DNA of 64,000 nucleotides, taken from the NCBI GenBank assembly GCA_964626635.1, contig CAZVFY010000003.1:7449-71448 (forward strand). The letters are read 5' to 3'. The notes beneath the pieces are model-generated. The model was given only the letters and a program-made list of their open reading frames with translations. It had not been told where the DNA came from and did no database searches. This document shows positions 45,997 to 55,762 of this stretch, in pieces. This stretch comes from an uncultured Candidatus Saccharibacteria bacterium. Lineage in GTDB: Bacteria > Patescibacteriota > Minisyncoccia > Phycocordibacterales > UBA918. Made by a program: the position numbers and the translations under genes. Every line of letters begins with the position of its first letter. Position 1 is the first letter of the stretch.

Positions 45997-48525
45997 TTAG
46001 AGATAGAAGTCTTCCTTACCTTTGTTTGAACCGAGATATGTGATTGTGGACAAAGATACCCCACCAGCAACTCCAAGAGACAGTAGTTTTCTAGCTAACT
46101 CTCGGCGTTGTTGTTCATTTATATCTGACTTACCATCATTAGCCTTTTTTGCCAGAGCTTTAAGAACGTCGGCTGTAAGGTATGGGATGCTGTTACTGTG
46201 TATGGTATTGGTATTGGTGTCGACAAACGCTTCGTATGGTAATGAAGCAATGTCAACTGCCTTACGAGCTTTGCTTTTAGGAGTTGCTCGCCTGGCACCA
46301 TTAATCCATTTTGTTTCAGTGCCAGTAAACATCGCTTTTCGAGTTGGTGCTTGAGCAGCTCGCCTCTTCTGTTCGTCTCCACGCGCTTTTTGGAAAGTGT
46401 CTTTTTGCCGCTGTGTAAACGCATCACTTTTCTTAAAGTCCTCAACTTGAGAATCTGTAAAGCCATGCGCAAAATCTTTAGCGAACTCGTCACCGAGTAT
46501 TTCGATCTGTTGCTTCGTCAGTTTTGCAAACTCATCATTAATGACACGGCCGTTTTCGTCGAGTACGCTACTTTTAATAATATCTTCGTATTCTTTTCCA
46601 AGAGCTTTTTTATCAGCCTCATTGACGTTATCACTTTCAAGCAATTTAGAAACCGTTGGAGCTTTAAGGTAGCGTAGTACTTTCAGTCGATCGTCGTTAG
46701 ACATCTCTTCCAGCTCTTTTAATGAAATGCGATTCGCTGCTTTTTCAGCCGCATCAAGCTTCTGTCGATCGTCTGCAGACATGTTTTCTTGTACCAAGCT
46801 AATATCTTTCGCCGCTTCAATATCACTGTTTCCTGTAGTTTTACGAGCAATCGTAGCAAAATTTTTGTCCTGCTCCGCTACACGCTTACGCTTTTGTTCA
46901 ATGGTTTCAGAGCCTGCAACTGAAGCACTCTCCATTTTTTTGTATGCTGGTGTAAACGTCTTATCCATACCCCGAGCAACTTTTGCGCGCCAACCACCCT
47001 TCTGTGCTTGGAGTGCCATTCTGCGCTGGAAATTTTTTCTGCCTTGTTCAGCCTCTGCACCAAGGGCTTGCGCACCGTATCCAGCCGTGTTTCTAGCCGC
47101 GAATTTACCAGTTCGCATGGCTGCATTACTGGCCATACGTCTCCCTCCTCGCGCCAACCGCTGTCCCGTGCGCATCGCCAGTTTTGATCCATCAGCACTC
47201 AGGTACCCAGCCACCATGACCGACATAATGAGGAACACGGCCGACAGCGCGAATGGTCCGATTCCGGCTGCAATATCCCCCGCAGTGTTGGCTAAACCAG
47301 TTGTGTTGGTGGTAGCACCAGGCATGGCGTCGCCAATAGTTAAAGAATTCTGACCAACAGTAGCCACGATCACCGCCGACGAGAGGTAAATCATGATCAT
47401 GTAGGCGGGTGCAAAGAACGCGCGCCCCAGGAAATTCCGCCAGTATTTTTCCATTGTGCCCCTAAAATTGGGCAGTATCCAGCCAATGAACATCAGCGGT
47501 GAAAACACCATAAACACGCATAGCGCTGCGTATCGGATCAGCAACATGATGGCCCCAGCCATAAACGCAAATATGGCTATGACATACACAATGGCGTTTC
47601 CAAAAATGTAGCCCCACGGTAATACACCGCCCCTGGTCAGGTTACCGTCGGCCGCGAGCGATGTAGTGAGCCTCATGTTATTAAAGAAGGTCTGACCCAC
47701 CAGAATTTCTCCTTCGCGATCCGGAGTAATTGTCGCCTGCGCTGCCCCGGCATTAGGAAAGCCGGCTTGACCAATCTCGGTTGCCAGTAAGTTAGTAAAA
47801 TCAACGATGGCCTTGGAGATAAACAAACTAAAGTTGATTAATAGTGCCGCCATTACAAGGTATGCGAGCGCTTTCTGCGCCCCACCTTCATCGCGCCGTA
47901 AGATCATCTTGAAACCAATGTAGATAATAGCGAAAATAAAGAGAATATTGAACAAGTCGCGCACCAATGCCCATAGCGTATCAATGGCGGAACCAACCCC
48001 ACTGCTGTCAACACTGCTGCCAAATCCAATAACAAAGTCCTTGATGACATAATCTAAAAAGCCAGCTGCCCACCCCGCGAACCAACCGAGGAAACTCATA
48101 ACAATGAAATAAATTTTACCCTCGAGGCTGTCGTAATCAGACCAGCTGCGTACTTCTACCTGGGGGTTCCGGGCATCGTTCCCTGTACCGGCAGCTCTAG
48201 TGACACCGGCCGGAGCACCGGGAGGTGTGACCACGCCCGGGCTCACACTGTTTCCGGTCGGCGTGGTAGGGGTAGTGGGGACGGGACTAAGGTTGTTAAC
48301 CGCCGCATCAAAACTCGGCAGTCCGTTCGATCCAGTCGGAATAGGAGGTGGTGTAACCGCCGCATCAAAACTCGGCAGTCCGTTCGAGCCAGTTGGGAGA
48401 GAGGGTGTATCATTTGTCTGGGCTTTTGCCGCAGCGGGCGGTATCAGGAAAATACTGATGATGGCTAGGCACCAAACCCAAAATCGCAGCGCGGGTGTAA
48501 GAGTAAGATATATAGAGTGTTTCAT
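45997..48525 (-). CDS. VirB6/TrbL-like polytopic membrane protein with long charged C-terminus
   Basis: W..VRDL.N..F, L...ALLINFSLF.....VD..N, R...L......SP..F....LP; multiple TM helices. Confidence 0.75.
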   Translation of the reverse strand: MKHSIYLTLTPALRFWVWCLAIISIFLIPPAAAKAQTNDTPSLPTGSNGLPSFDAAVTPPPIPTGSNGLPSFDAAVNNLSPVPTTPTTPTGNSVSPGVVTPPGAPAGVTRAAGTGNDARNPQVEVRSWSDYDSLEGKIYFIVMSFLGWFAGWAAGFLDYVIKDFVIGFGSSVDSSGVGSAIDTLWALVRDLFNILFIFAIIYIGFKMILRRDEGGAQKALAYLVMAALLINFSLFISKAIVDFTNLLATEIGQAGFPNAGAAQATITPDREGEILVGQTFFNNMRLTTSLAADGNLTRGGVLPWGYIFGNAIVYVIAIFAFMAGAIMLLIRYAALCVFMVFSPLMFIGWILPNFRGTMEKYWRNFLGRAFFAPAYMIMIYLSSAVIVATVGQNSLTIGDAMPGATTNTTGLANTAGDIAAGIGPFALSAVFLIMSVMVAGYLSADGSKLAMRTGQRLARGGRRMASNAAMRTGKFAARNTAGYGAQALGAEAEQGRKNFQRRMALQAQKGGWRAKVARGMDKTFTPAYKKMESASVAGSETIEQKRKRVAEQDKNFATIARKTTGNSDIEAAKDISLVQENMSADDRQKLDAAEKAANRISLKELEEMSNDDRLKVLRYLKAPTVSKLLESDNVNEADKKALGKEYEDIIKSSVLDENGRVINDEFAKLTKQQIEILGDEFAKDFAHGFTDSQVEDFKKSDAFTQRQKDTFQKARGDEQKRRAAQAPTRKAMFTGTETKWINGARRATPKSKARKAVDIASLPYEAFVDTNTNTIHSNSIPYLTADVLKALAKKANDGKSDINEQQRRELARKLLSLGVAGGVSLSTITYLGSNKGKEDFYL
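48297..48387. repeat. 57-bp-period intragenic duplication (34 bp identical)
   Basis: TAACCGCCGCATCAAAACTCGGCAGTCCGTTCGA at 48297 and 48354; encodes PTGSNGLPSFDAAV twice. Confidence 0.9.
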
Positions 48526-48537
48526 ATAATATCTACT

Positions 48538-50073
48538 CTAGTTGCGGCTGTCATTTGCTGGTCTCAATGGTGGCGGTACGTTCGGTCCAGCTTCGAGAGT
48601 AGTGGTGGTGGCCTGCTCCCTATAAGGGTCAATACTATTTGTTAACCGCAAAGGTGTAGCACCGAGCGCGGTCGCCGGCACTACGATGCCAAGGTCATCA
48701 GCGGTGCGCGTCCAGTTTTCGATTCGCGAGTCGGCCTGAGACTTGGTTTGAGAACTAAGATTAGAATATTCGATTAGCACTTCAATTTGTTCGCTTTCGT
48801 CTGGGGTTTGATACCGTATTTCTAATACCTCTAGTTCAGTAATCAACAATCGGCTGTCGGCCAATCGCCTCTCGATGTCAGCGAGTGCAGTTTGGGCTCG
48901 ATTTCGGTTTGTAGAATTAGTACTGTTGGCAATGAACAATACATAGCCAGTCCGCAGTGCCTCGGCCCGGGCAACAAAATCACGCTCAATTTCTAGCGAC
49001 CGACTGATAATATTGTCAGTGTCAGTGCCACTGACTGTCGCTCTACCAGAATCATTATATAAGTCGTCAAGAAACGAGCTAGAACCGCCTGAACGCCCTC
49101 CCCCCGGATCAGATAGGCCGAGTAATCCTGATACGCCTGAGAGTGCTTTGTTTGCTAACTGCGCCAATAAGGCTGAGATCAGCTCATTTACTTCATCAGC
49201 CTCTACTAACGTATCTTGCCCAGCACCCAGCGCCTTATTGATCTGGGCAGCAATAACCTGACCTGGTTTTACGATCGAGCAGTTTTTAGTGCCGGTCACG
49301 CCTTGTAGGGGTTCGCACACTCGCTGCGAGAGGAAACCACCACCGAACTTGAGGAGGTCGACTTCCTGTCCCTGGGCATTGATGATCCGGGCTCTCGCCT
49401 GTCCTTCGGCGGTGAGGACGGCACCGTACGGTGTATAGGTTTGCGGCGTGGCGGTGATTGTGAGCCAGTCACGGATACCGCCGCTCGTGTCTACACCATC
49501 AATGAAGCCCTGGATATTGCTGACAATACCCGATAAGCGACACGCTGGCGCCGACCCCCCTGCTCGCCCACGCTGATACTGGGTTTCAATGGCAATCTGC
49601 ACATCTAGTTTGAAGGGCGAACAAATAAACGAACCAATGCCACTGTCACCACCAATCTGGCTAATCAAATTGCCAATTTCCTGATCGGCAATATCAGTTA
49701 AAAAACCAGTAAAATCTTGTATAAATGCTGGTCTACCCTGAAACCCTGAGTTGACCCAGTTGATCAGACTGCGAATCATACCGGACATAATACGCTTGGC
49801 AATTGCCCACCCTAGGCCGTCGAGTACATTATCATTTAACCATGAACCAGCAGTACTAACTGCGGTTATTGTATTTTGTGCCAAGTTTGAACCCAGGAGC
49901 GTATTGTTCGCCAACTGCGTGAATTCCGTCGCGCCAGCCCCTAGACCACCCCCCGCCTGTACAGGCTGGACATTATTGCTCGGTAATTGTGGGGTGTAGG
50001 TAGCAACGAACCCAACCACCACAAGTAATCCTAATACAACTGCTTTTTTTAAGAATAGAAAGAATACAGTCAT
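48538..50073 (-). CDS. Exported protein of the T4SS-like cluster (TrbJ-like N-terminal motif)
   Basis: Signal peptide, ATEFTQLANN, WVNSGF.G.P.F, conserved Cys, PG.VI..Q. Confidence 0.65.
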   Translation of the reverse strand: MTVFFLFLKKAVVLGLLVVVGFVATYTPQLPSNNVQPVQAGGGLGAGATEFTQLANNTLLGSNLAQNTITAVSTAGSWLNDNVLDGLGWAIAKRIMSGMIRSLINWVNSGFQGRPAFIQDFTGFLTDIADQEIGNLISQIGGDSGIGSFICSPFKLDVQIAIETQYQRGRAGGSAPACRLSGIVSNIQGFIDGVDTSGGIRDWLTITATPQTYTPYGAVLTAEGQARARIINAQGQEVDLLKFGGGFLSQRVCEPLQGVTGTKNCSIVKPGQVIAAQINKALGAGQDTLVEADEVNELISALLAQLANKALSGVSGLLGLSDPGGGRSGGSSSFLDDLYNDSGRATVSGTDTDNIISRSLEIERDFVARAEALRTGYVLFIANSTNSTNRNRAQTALADIERRLADSRLLITELEVLEIRYQTPDESEQIEVLIEYSNLSSQTKSQADSRIENWTRTADDLGIVVPATALGATPLRLTNSIDPYREQATTTTLEAGPNVPPPLRPANDSRN

Positions 50074-50076
50074 GCG

Positions 50077-50970
50077 CTAAGAAGTAAATTGTGGACTAAA
50101 TATCGCAAACAATACCGCAGGGTCGTCGTTGGTCACTAGTGACGAGTATGGCAGTAAGGCTCGATACATATTTTGTAGAGCGTATTGTAACCCCAGGGCG
50201 TCGTCTTCATAACGTTTGAGGCGCATGAGCGCAAAGGCGGGGTCTTCAAGCGTGATAGCCATCGCCTCAACGTCTTTATGTAAGGCGTGGTACGTATTGA
50301 TCAGGTCTAAATGCTCTTTTACGAATGTGCGCGGGACCGGTGTCTGTAACATATCGTCGCGCATACCAGCGTAAGCGGCCGAAATCAGTTGTAATTCAGC
50401 AATTCCTTGGGGATCTTCGGTTTGTAGTGCATCGTACAAGATAAATAATTCTCCTTGCTCGAGAACGACGTTGTTGTTTGTGATGGCTAAAGCTGCGGTG
50501 TTGGCATAATTGACAATATCTTCATTTTCCCAATCATCCATGATCTCTAGTTGACGGGCACTATAGAGTTTGTGAGCAGTTTCTGCAGCCAGTACGTCTA
50601 CGGTATCAGACACGAGTTCGTCGGTACTGCGGCCGAATGTACCTTGGGTTTTGGTGAGGAGATACGATTCAATAAAGTTCTCGCCAAGGCGCCCGGTCAA
50701 GGTGGTTGGTGGCACGTATGGTTCGGTGGATTCAGGTGCAGGCACAAGAATTTCTGCGTTATCGACAAACTCATCTCGCCAATCTTCGATACCGTTATTG
50801 TCCGTGTCTACTACTACAATTGCCTCACGAACCGGCACTGCAGATTGCGACACGATTGCCGTTTGGCGTTCTGGCATATAGCCAAAATTACGCATAACAA
50901 AAGCACCTGCCACCAACGCCACACCCACCAAGATAGAACCGATTATTCGGGGATGTAGATAACCTGCCAT
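50077..50970 (-). CDS. Membrane-anchored protein with a DxDxxGxxD Ca-binding-like motif
   Basis: N-terminal TM; DTDNNGIEDW. Confidence 0.7.
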   Translation of the reverse strand: MAGYLHPRIIGSILVGVALVAGAFVMRNFGYMPERQTAIVSQSAVPVREAIVVVDTDNNGIEDWRDEFVDNAEILVPAPESTEPYVPPTTLTGRLGENFIESYLLTKTQGTFGRSTDELVSDTVDVLAAETAHKLYSARQLEIMDDWENEDIVNYANTAALAITNNNVVLEQGELFILYDALQTEDPQGIAELQLISAAYAGMRDDMLQTPVPRTFVKEHLDLINTYHALHKDVEAMAITLEDPAFALMRLKRYEDDALGLQYALQNMYRALLPYSSLVTNDDPAVLFAIFSPQFTS

Positions 50971-51005
50971 ATTAGAAAGTATACCGACTGAGGAAACTGG
51001 TTTCG

Positions 51006-51824
51006 TTATCCCCTACTGTCGTCTGTGTATAAGTGGTGGAACAAGTGGATAAACTGGGTAAATGGTATATCCTCGGCGCGCACGGTTGGGGATAGCTCTA
51101 ATTTGTGCAGTGTGGACACTAGTACGTCGCGTTCGACTGTCGCGGCGAGGTTGCGCACCAGCTGTTTGCGCTTGCCGGCGAACGCGGTGTGTAGGAAAGA
51201 AAAATACGCGGCTGCAGGCACACCCCGCAAGGCAGCGTTCGAAATAGCGCGGACTGCAATGATGGCCGAATCAACTGCCGGCGGCGGCGTAAAATGTCCC
51301 CGCTTGACAGTGCATATATATGCAGGTTCACCAAACACGCGAATCGCATACGACAAGATCGATCCTTTAGGATCACGAGCAATCCGTTCCGCCACTTCCC
51401 TTTGTGCGAGGAATACTAGATCAGTTGGTTGCACAGCAGTCTCGAGGCACTGCCGAAACAATAGGCCGGACAGGTAGTACGGAATGTTGGCGACCGTTTT
51501 GTAGCTGCCACTTAGGAGGCCGTATGACGCTAAATCCAAATGCCGTGCGTCACCGTGATGAATGGTGAGCTGCCCTCCGTTGACCTCACTCGGAAATGTG
51601 TTTTGGAGAGACGTGATAGCGCGCGCGTCAGTTTCGAGCGCGACGACCCGCGCGCCGCGCTCCAACAACACGCGGGTGAGCGCCCCGGTGCCGGGACCAA
51701 TTTCGAACACAACGTCCCCCGCAGCGACGTTCGCTGCGTCGCACATTTTGTGCGGGATGTGATCGGAGTTAAGGAAGTGTTGGCCGAGGGACTTTTTGTG
51801 TTGAAAACGCTCGCTTTTATTCAT
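51006..51824 (-). CDS. rsmA: 16S rRNA dimethyladenosine transferase
   Basis: KKSLGQHFL, EIGPGTG.LT, ANIPYY, P.P.VDSA, RAE. Confidence 0.96.
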   Translation of the reverse strand: MNKSERFQHKKSLGQHFLNSDHIPHKMCDAANVAAGDVVFEIGPGTGALTRVLLERGARVVALETDARAITSLQNTFPSEVNGGQLTIHHGDARHLDLASYGLLSGSYKTVANIPYYLSGLLFRQCLETAVQPTDLVFLAQREVAERIARDPKGSILSYAIRVFGEPAYICTVKRGHFTPPPAVDSAIIAVRAISNAALRGVPAAAYFSFLHTAFAGKRKQLVRNLAATVERDVLVSTLHKLELSPTVRAEDIPFTQFIHLFHHLYTDDSRG

Positions 51825-51850
51825 GCTAGCACAGTGACAGAAATGATGGA

Positions 51851-53833
51851 TTAGTCAAGATACACTGTCGTTTCGTACCCGCTCGCTTCCCCGCCGCCGT
51901 ATCCACCAGGCTCTGCGGCTTCGACGTACTGGGGCGAGATGTCATTTAGAAATTCTGACGGCAAGTTCACGCGCGATTGCCCGAACACCGTGCGCATATG
52001 CGCGTACGTAAGAAAGATCTTTTTCTCGGCGCGCGTGAGCGCGACGTAAAACAGTCGACGCTCTTCTTCGGTATCGATCCGTCCATCATCGATCCGTTCG
52101 TGCGGGAACAACCCTTGCTCTAGTCCAGTGATAAACACGTACGGGAACTCCAGACCCTTGGCGGCGTGGATCGTCATGAGGCGTACGGCGTTCATCTCCT
52201 CTTTATCTTTCATGGTGTCCTGGTCGCTCTCGAGGGCTGCACTTTCCAGCATGGTTTCGATCGCCTCCTCGGGCGGCAGCGTGTCGTAGCGCGTGGCGAG
52301 TGTCACCAACTCACGCAGGTTTTCGATCCGCTCGAGTGCGTCCTCGGTCCCTTCATCTTTGAGGGTGTCTTCGATGCCGCTGCGCTTCATGATGAATTTG
52401 ATCGTCGCAGACAGTCGCTCGGTCCGGGCCGTTCTGGCTACATCCATCATGATCGCATCAAACTGCCCGACCTTAGCGGCGGCGCCGGCATTGAGGTCGC
52501 CACGTCTCCCCTCGATGACTTTGAGCATCGTGACCTTGCCGATGCCGCGCGCGGGGGTGTTGATGATGCGCACGAGGTCGGCGTTGCTGCCGGGATTGAG
52601 CGATAGTCGCAAGTATGAGAGTACGTCTTTTACTTCTTTTCGTTCAAAGAACTTGGTACCAAGCAGTTGGTACGGGATATCGAACCCGAGGAAGGCTTCT
52701 TCTAGTACGCGCGACTGAAAGTTCGTCCGGTACAACACCGCGATGTCGGTCGGCTCGGCACCCGAGGCGATCAGGTCGCTCGCGGTGAGCGCAATGTATT
52801 CCGCCTCATCGTAGCCAGACATGCCAGCGTACAAGGTGACTTTGTCCCCCTCACGGTTGTTGGTAAAGACGGTTTTGTCGACGCGGTTTTTGTTCTTTTT
52901 AATAATGTCATTACTCGCGCCGATGATGGTCTGGGTCGAGCGGTAGTTCTCTTCAAGGAGGATGGTGTGTGCGTTCGGGAAGTGACGCTCGAACTGCAAG
53001 ACGTTTTTAATATCCGCGCCGCGCCACGAATAGATTGACTGGTCGATGTCCCCGACGACACATATATTATTGTGTCCCCCTGCGAGCAACTCGGCGATAT
53101 GAAACTGGACTTTGTTCGTGTCCTGGTACTCGTCGATGTGAATGTACTGGTAACGAGTCTGTAGAGTTTCACGAACCAGTAGGTTAGAGCGTAACAAGCG
53201 TAATGTCTTGACGAGAAGGTCATCGAAGTCGAGTGCCTGTTCGTTGTGCAGCGCCGTTTCGTATTTGTCCCAGACACTTGCGACCACTTCCTCAAAGTAC
53301 GAAGATGCGGCGTCAGAGTAAGCGAGGCGGTCTACGGCATCACCCTTGGCGCGCGAAACGGCACCGAGGATTTTCTTGGGTTCGAATTCTTTGGGGTTGT
53401 AGCCGGCGTCAGTGACAGCAGTTTTCATGACCCGCAGTTGGTCCGAGCGATCGTAGATCGTAAAGTGGCGACGCAGTCCCGCTGTCTCATGGAACTCACG
53501 CAGTAGTCTCACACCGAGCGAGTGGAATGTCGTAACGACCGGCCAGCCGTCCAGGGTCGCCCGGTGGGTGGGGGGATACTGCTGGGTGAGAGTCGTGGCG
53601 CGTTCTCGCATTTCGGTGGCGGCTTTGTTCGTAAATGTCACCGCGAGGATGTTATGCGGCGCCACACCGGTATGAATCAGGTGGACGATGCGGTGGGTGA
53701 TGACGCGGGTCTTACCCGACCCTGCCCCAGCCAGCACCATCAGCGGCCCGTCGGTGTGTAACACTGCCTGTTGCTGTGGTTCATTAAGACTTTCTAAATA
53801 TGGTGGAACTGATGATGAGGTGGCGTCAGACAT
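51851..53833 (-). CDS. pcrA: UvrD/PcrA family DNA helicase
   Basis: LAGAGSGKTR, DEYQDTN, VGD.DQSIYSWRGA, LEENYRST, MTIHAAKGLEF, EERRLFYVA.TRA; start moved to ATG 53833. Confidence 0.95.
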   Translation of the reverse strand: MSDATSSSVPPYLESLNEPQQQAVLHTDGPLMVLAGAGSGKTRVITHRIVHLIHTGVAPHNILAVTFTNKAATEMRERATTLTQQYPPTHRATLDGWPVVTTFHSLGVRLLREFHETAGLRRHFTIYDRSDQLRVMKTAVTDAGYNPKEFEPKKILGAVSRAKGDAVDRLAYSDAASSYFEEVVASVWDKYETALHNEQALDFDDLLVKTLRLLRSNLLVRETLQTRYQYIHIDEYQDTNKVQFHIAELLAGGHNNICVVGDIDQSIYSWRGADIKNVLQFERHFPNAHTILLEENYRSTQTIIGASNDIIKKNKNRVDKTVFTNNREGDKVTLYAGMSGYDEAEYIALTASDLIASGAEPTDIAVLYRTNFQSRVLEEAFLGFDIPYQLLGTKFFERKEVKDVLSYLRLSLNPGSNADLVRIINTPARGIGKVTMLKVIEGRRGDLNAGAAAKVGQFDAIMMDVARTARTERLSATIKFIMKRSGIEDTLKDEGTEDALERIENLRELVTLATRYDTLPPEEAIETMLESAALESDQDTMKDKEEMNAVRLMTIHAAKGLEFPYVFITGLEQGLFPHERIDDGRIDTEEERRLFYVALTRAEKKIFLTYAHMRTVFGQSRVNLPSEFLNDISPQYVEAAEPGGYGGGEASGYETTVYLD

Positions 53834-53977
53834 GTGTAGTGGAATGAACGATGAGTAAGATACGGGCATGGTAGCACGCGGGTGGGTGGGGATGAAACAG
53901 GGTAGCTGATGGATGGGTTCCTTGTGATACGACGGAAAACTTGTATGCTGAAGACCGGTAACCCGCAGGAGGTAAAA

Positions 53978-54256
53978 ATGGTTCCTTTGGAAATGAGTTA
54001 TTGGTGTCACGGAGAAAGTAAGGGTCGGTCGGTGTATCGCATTGGGACTGTCGATATGTCCGACGTGAACTTCCCGCCCAATGACGTGCTTGAAACAGAG
54101 TGGGATCAGGTGTTCTCTAAGTGGTCTGGGGCGCTGCGTGTCTTTGATCGCGGTGCCTGCAACTGCATAACCGTTGAGATTCCCGCTAGGATCAATCAGG
54201 TATGCCGAGAGAAGTTCGTGGACCGCCTGTCCCAACTGGTGCAACCAGTGCAGTAG
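53978..54256 (+). CDS. Small hypothetical protein
   Basis: AGGAGG SD before ATG 53978; terminator at 54287-54325. Confidence 0.65.
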   Translation: MVPLEMSYWCHGESKGRSVYRIGTVDMSDVNFPPNDVLETEWDQVFSKWSGALRVFDRGACNCITVEIPARINQVCREKFVDRLSQLVQPVQ

Positions 54257-54286
54257 GTCGAGATTTCTTTCTCGTAGCCACTGCCT

Positions 54287-54325
54287 CCCCCGGCGCGCAT
54301 GCGTGCCGGGGGGTTCTTTCTTTTT
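54287..54325 (+). terminator. Intrinsic terminator (hairpin identical to 58650-58675)
   Basis: CCCCCGGCGCGCATGCGTGCCGGGGG plus T-rich tail. Confidence 0.8.
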
Positions 54326-54399
54326 AAACGTGTACATATTAATAATGAGCAGTTGCATCGTCGTACACTGTAATTGTTACTGAACTATAAAAACGAATC

Positions 54400-55455
54400 A
54401 TGATTTCACAAGAACTTCTCGGCTACATCGGTCAACAAACGGCGGCTGGCGTTGCGACCGCTGATATTCGCCACGCGCTCATTACCTCTGGCTGGGACCA
54501 AGCGACGGTTGATGCAGCACTGTCCGGACGAACTGCCGGCAACGCACCGACACCGGCCGCGGTGCCAGCGGCGACACAACTATCCCAATCTGACGCGGCC
54601 GCGCAGGTAGAGCGGATGGGTCGCTTCAAAGCAAGCTGGCTCCTTTTGCGGCAATCAGCTGGGCTCTTAGGAAAGGATAAAGAAATTCTCCTCTTCCCAG
54701 TCTGTTCTGGTGTATTTTTGACTATACAGCTACTGCTGTTTGTCGCGGTCATTTCATTCATAGAGTGGGATCAGTACGAAGACTCAATCGTGGACGTATT
54801 GCTCTATGGGGCGCTCTTTGTGTATTACGTGGGCGCGTATTTCATTCTCACCTTCTTTCGAGTGGCGCTGACAGCAGTGGTATACGAGCGGATCAATGGT
54901 AGTGATATTGGGTTTCGGGACGGGGTGTCTCGCGCCAAGAGCATCGGAGGTAAACTATTTGCCTGGAGTCTCATCGCTGCGACGGTTGGAATCATTCTCA
55001 AGATTATTTCTGATCGATCGAAGTGGCTCGGCAAGTTGGTCGCATCGTTGTTGGGGGTGGCGTGGAATATCGCCACGATGTTCATCGCACCTACCCTGCT
55101 GCTAGATAACGTGTCAGTCACTAAGTCAATTAAAAACTCAGCCAACGTATTTAAACAAACCTGGGGCGAATCAATCATCTTGAATGTGTCACTTTCGCTC
55201 ATACAGACAATCGTGATCTTTGGGCTGGTGCTGTTCTACATCAGTCTTGCTTTGCTGCTGGCGTCTGCGGGTGTGGGTGTCTTCGCTCTCGTTGCGGTGG
55301 CGGTCCTCGGTATCGTTACCTTGAGTATTGCGATCATTATCTTTTCAACACTCGAGCAAGTGTTTCGGGTAGCACTCTACTCCTACGCGCGCTTTGGCGT
55401 CATCGCCGAAGGGTTCTCACCTGAATTAATTGTTGGTGCGGCAAAATCAAAATAA
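54400..55455 (+). CDS. Polytopic membrane protein (DUF6159-like)
   Basis: SW.L...S..LL..DKE.L.FP, W...T.F..P, S...FK.TWGE. Confidence 0.75.
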   Translation: MISQELLGYIGQQTAAGVATADIRHALITSGWDQATVDAALSGRTAGNAPTPAAVPAATQLSQSDAAAQVERMGRFKASWLLLRQSAGLLGKDKEILLFPVCSGVFLTIQLLLFVAVISFIEWDQYEDSIVDVLLYGALFVYYVGAYFILTFFRVALTAVVYERINGSDIGFRDGVSRAKSIGGKLFAWSLIAATVGIILKIISDRSKWLGKLVASLLGVAWNIATMFIAPTLLLDNVSVTKSIKNSANVFKQTWGESIILNVSLSLIQTIVIFGLVLFYISLALLLASAGVGVFALVAVAVLGIVTLSIAIIIFSTLEQVFRVALYSYARFGVIAEGFSPELIVGAAKSK

Positions 55456-55459
55456 GTAC

Positions 55460-55647
55460 TTGACAAATTTTCTACTACCCGCTACTATCAAACCTGAAGT
55501 ATGAATGTATTTATTTGTCCAATGCGCCGTCACTGGAAGAGCCTCGAGGAGGTGTGTGTTCTGCGTTATGACCGGTAAATAGATTCATCAAATTACCCCA
55601 GAACCAAACCACCCTTCTCGCTTCGGCCAGAGGGGTGGTTTGTTTTT
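55460..55647 (+). promoter_or_regulatory. Sigma70 promoter + 25-codon leader ORF + terminator (attenuator-like)
   Basis: TTGACA-17-TACTAT (55460-55488); ORF 55501-55578; hairpin and T-run 55606-55647. Confidence 0.65.
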
Positions 55648-55762
55648 GACTAACGGTCGGTACGCTCATGGGGTCTAGAAGCCATGAGCGTGGCGCCCAT
55701 TAGAACTATCTAGGAATAGTGGGTGCCGCGCTTGTTCTTTTTCACAACTCATGGAGGTGGCT

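Noticed and set aside
53834-54358. 175-aa N-terminal extension of the UvrD/PcrA ORF
   Set aside because: Helicase homology begins at MSDAT/LN..Q; the extension is the antisense of a + strand gene with its own SD and terminator.
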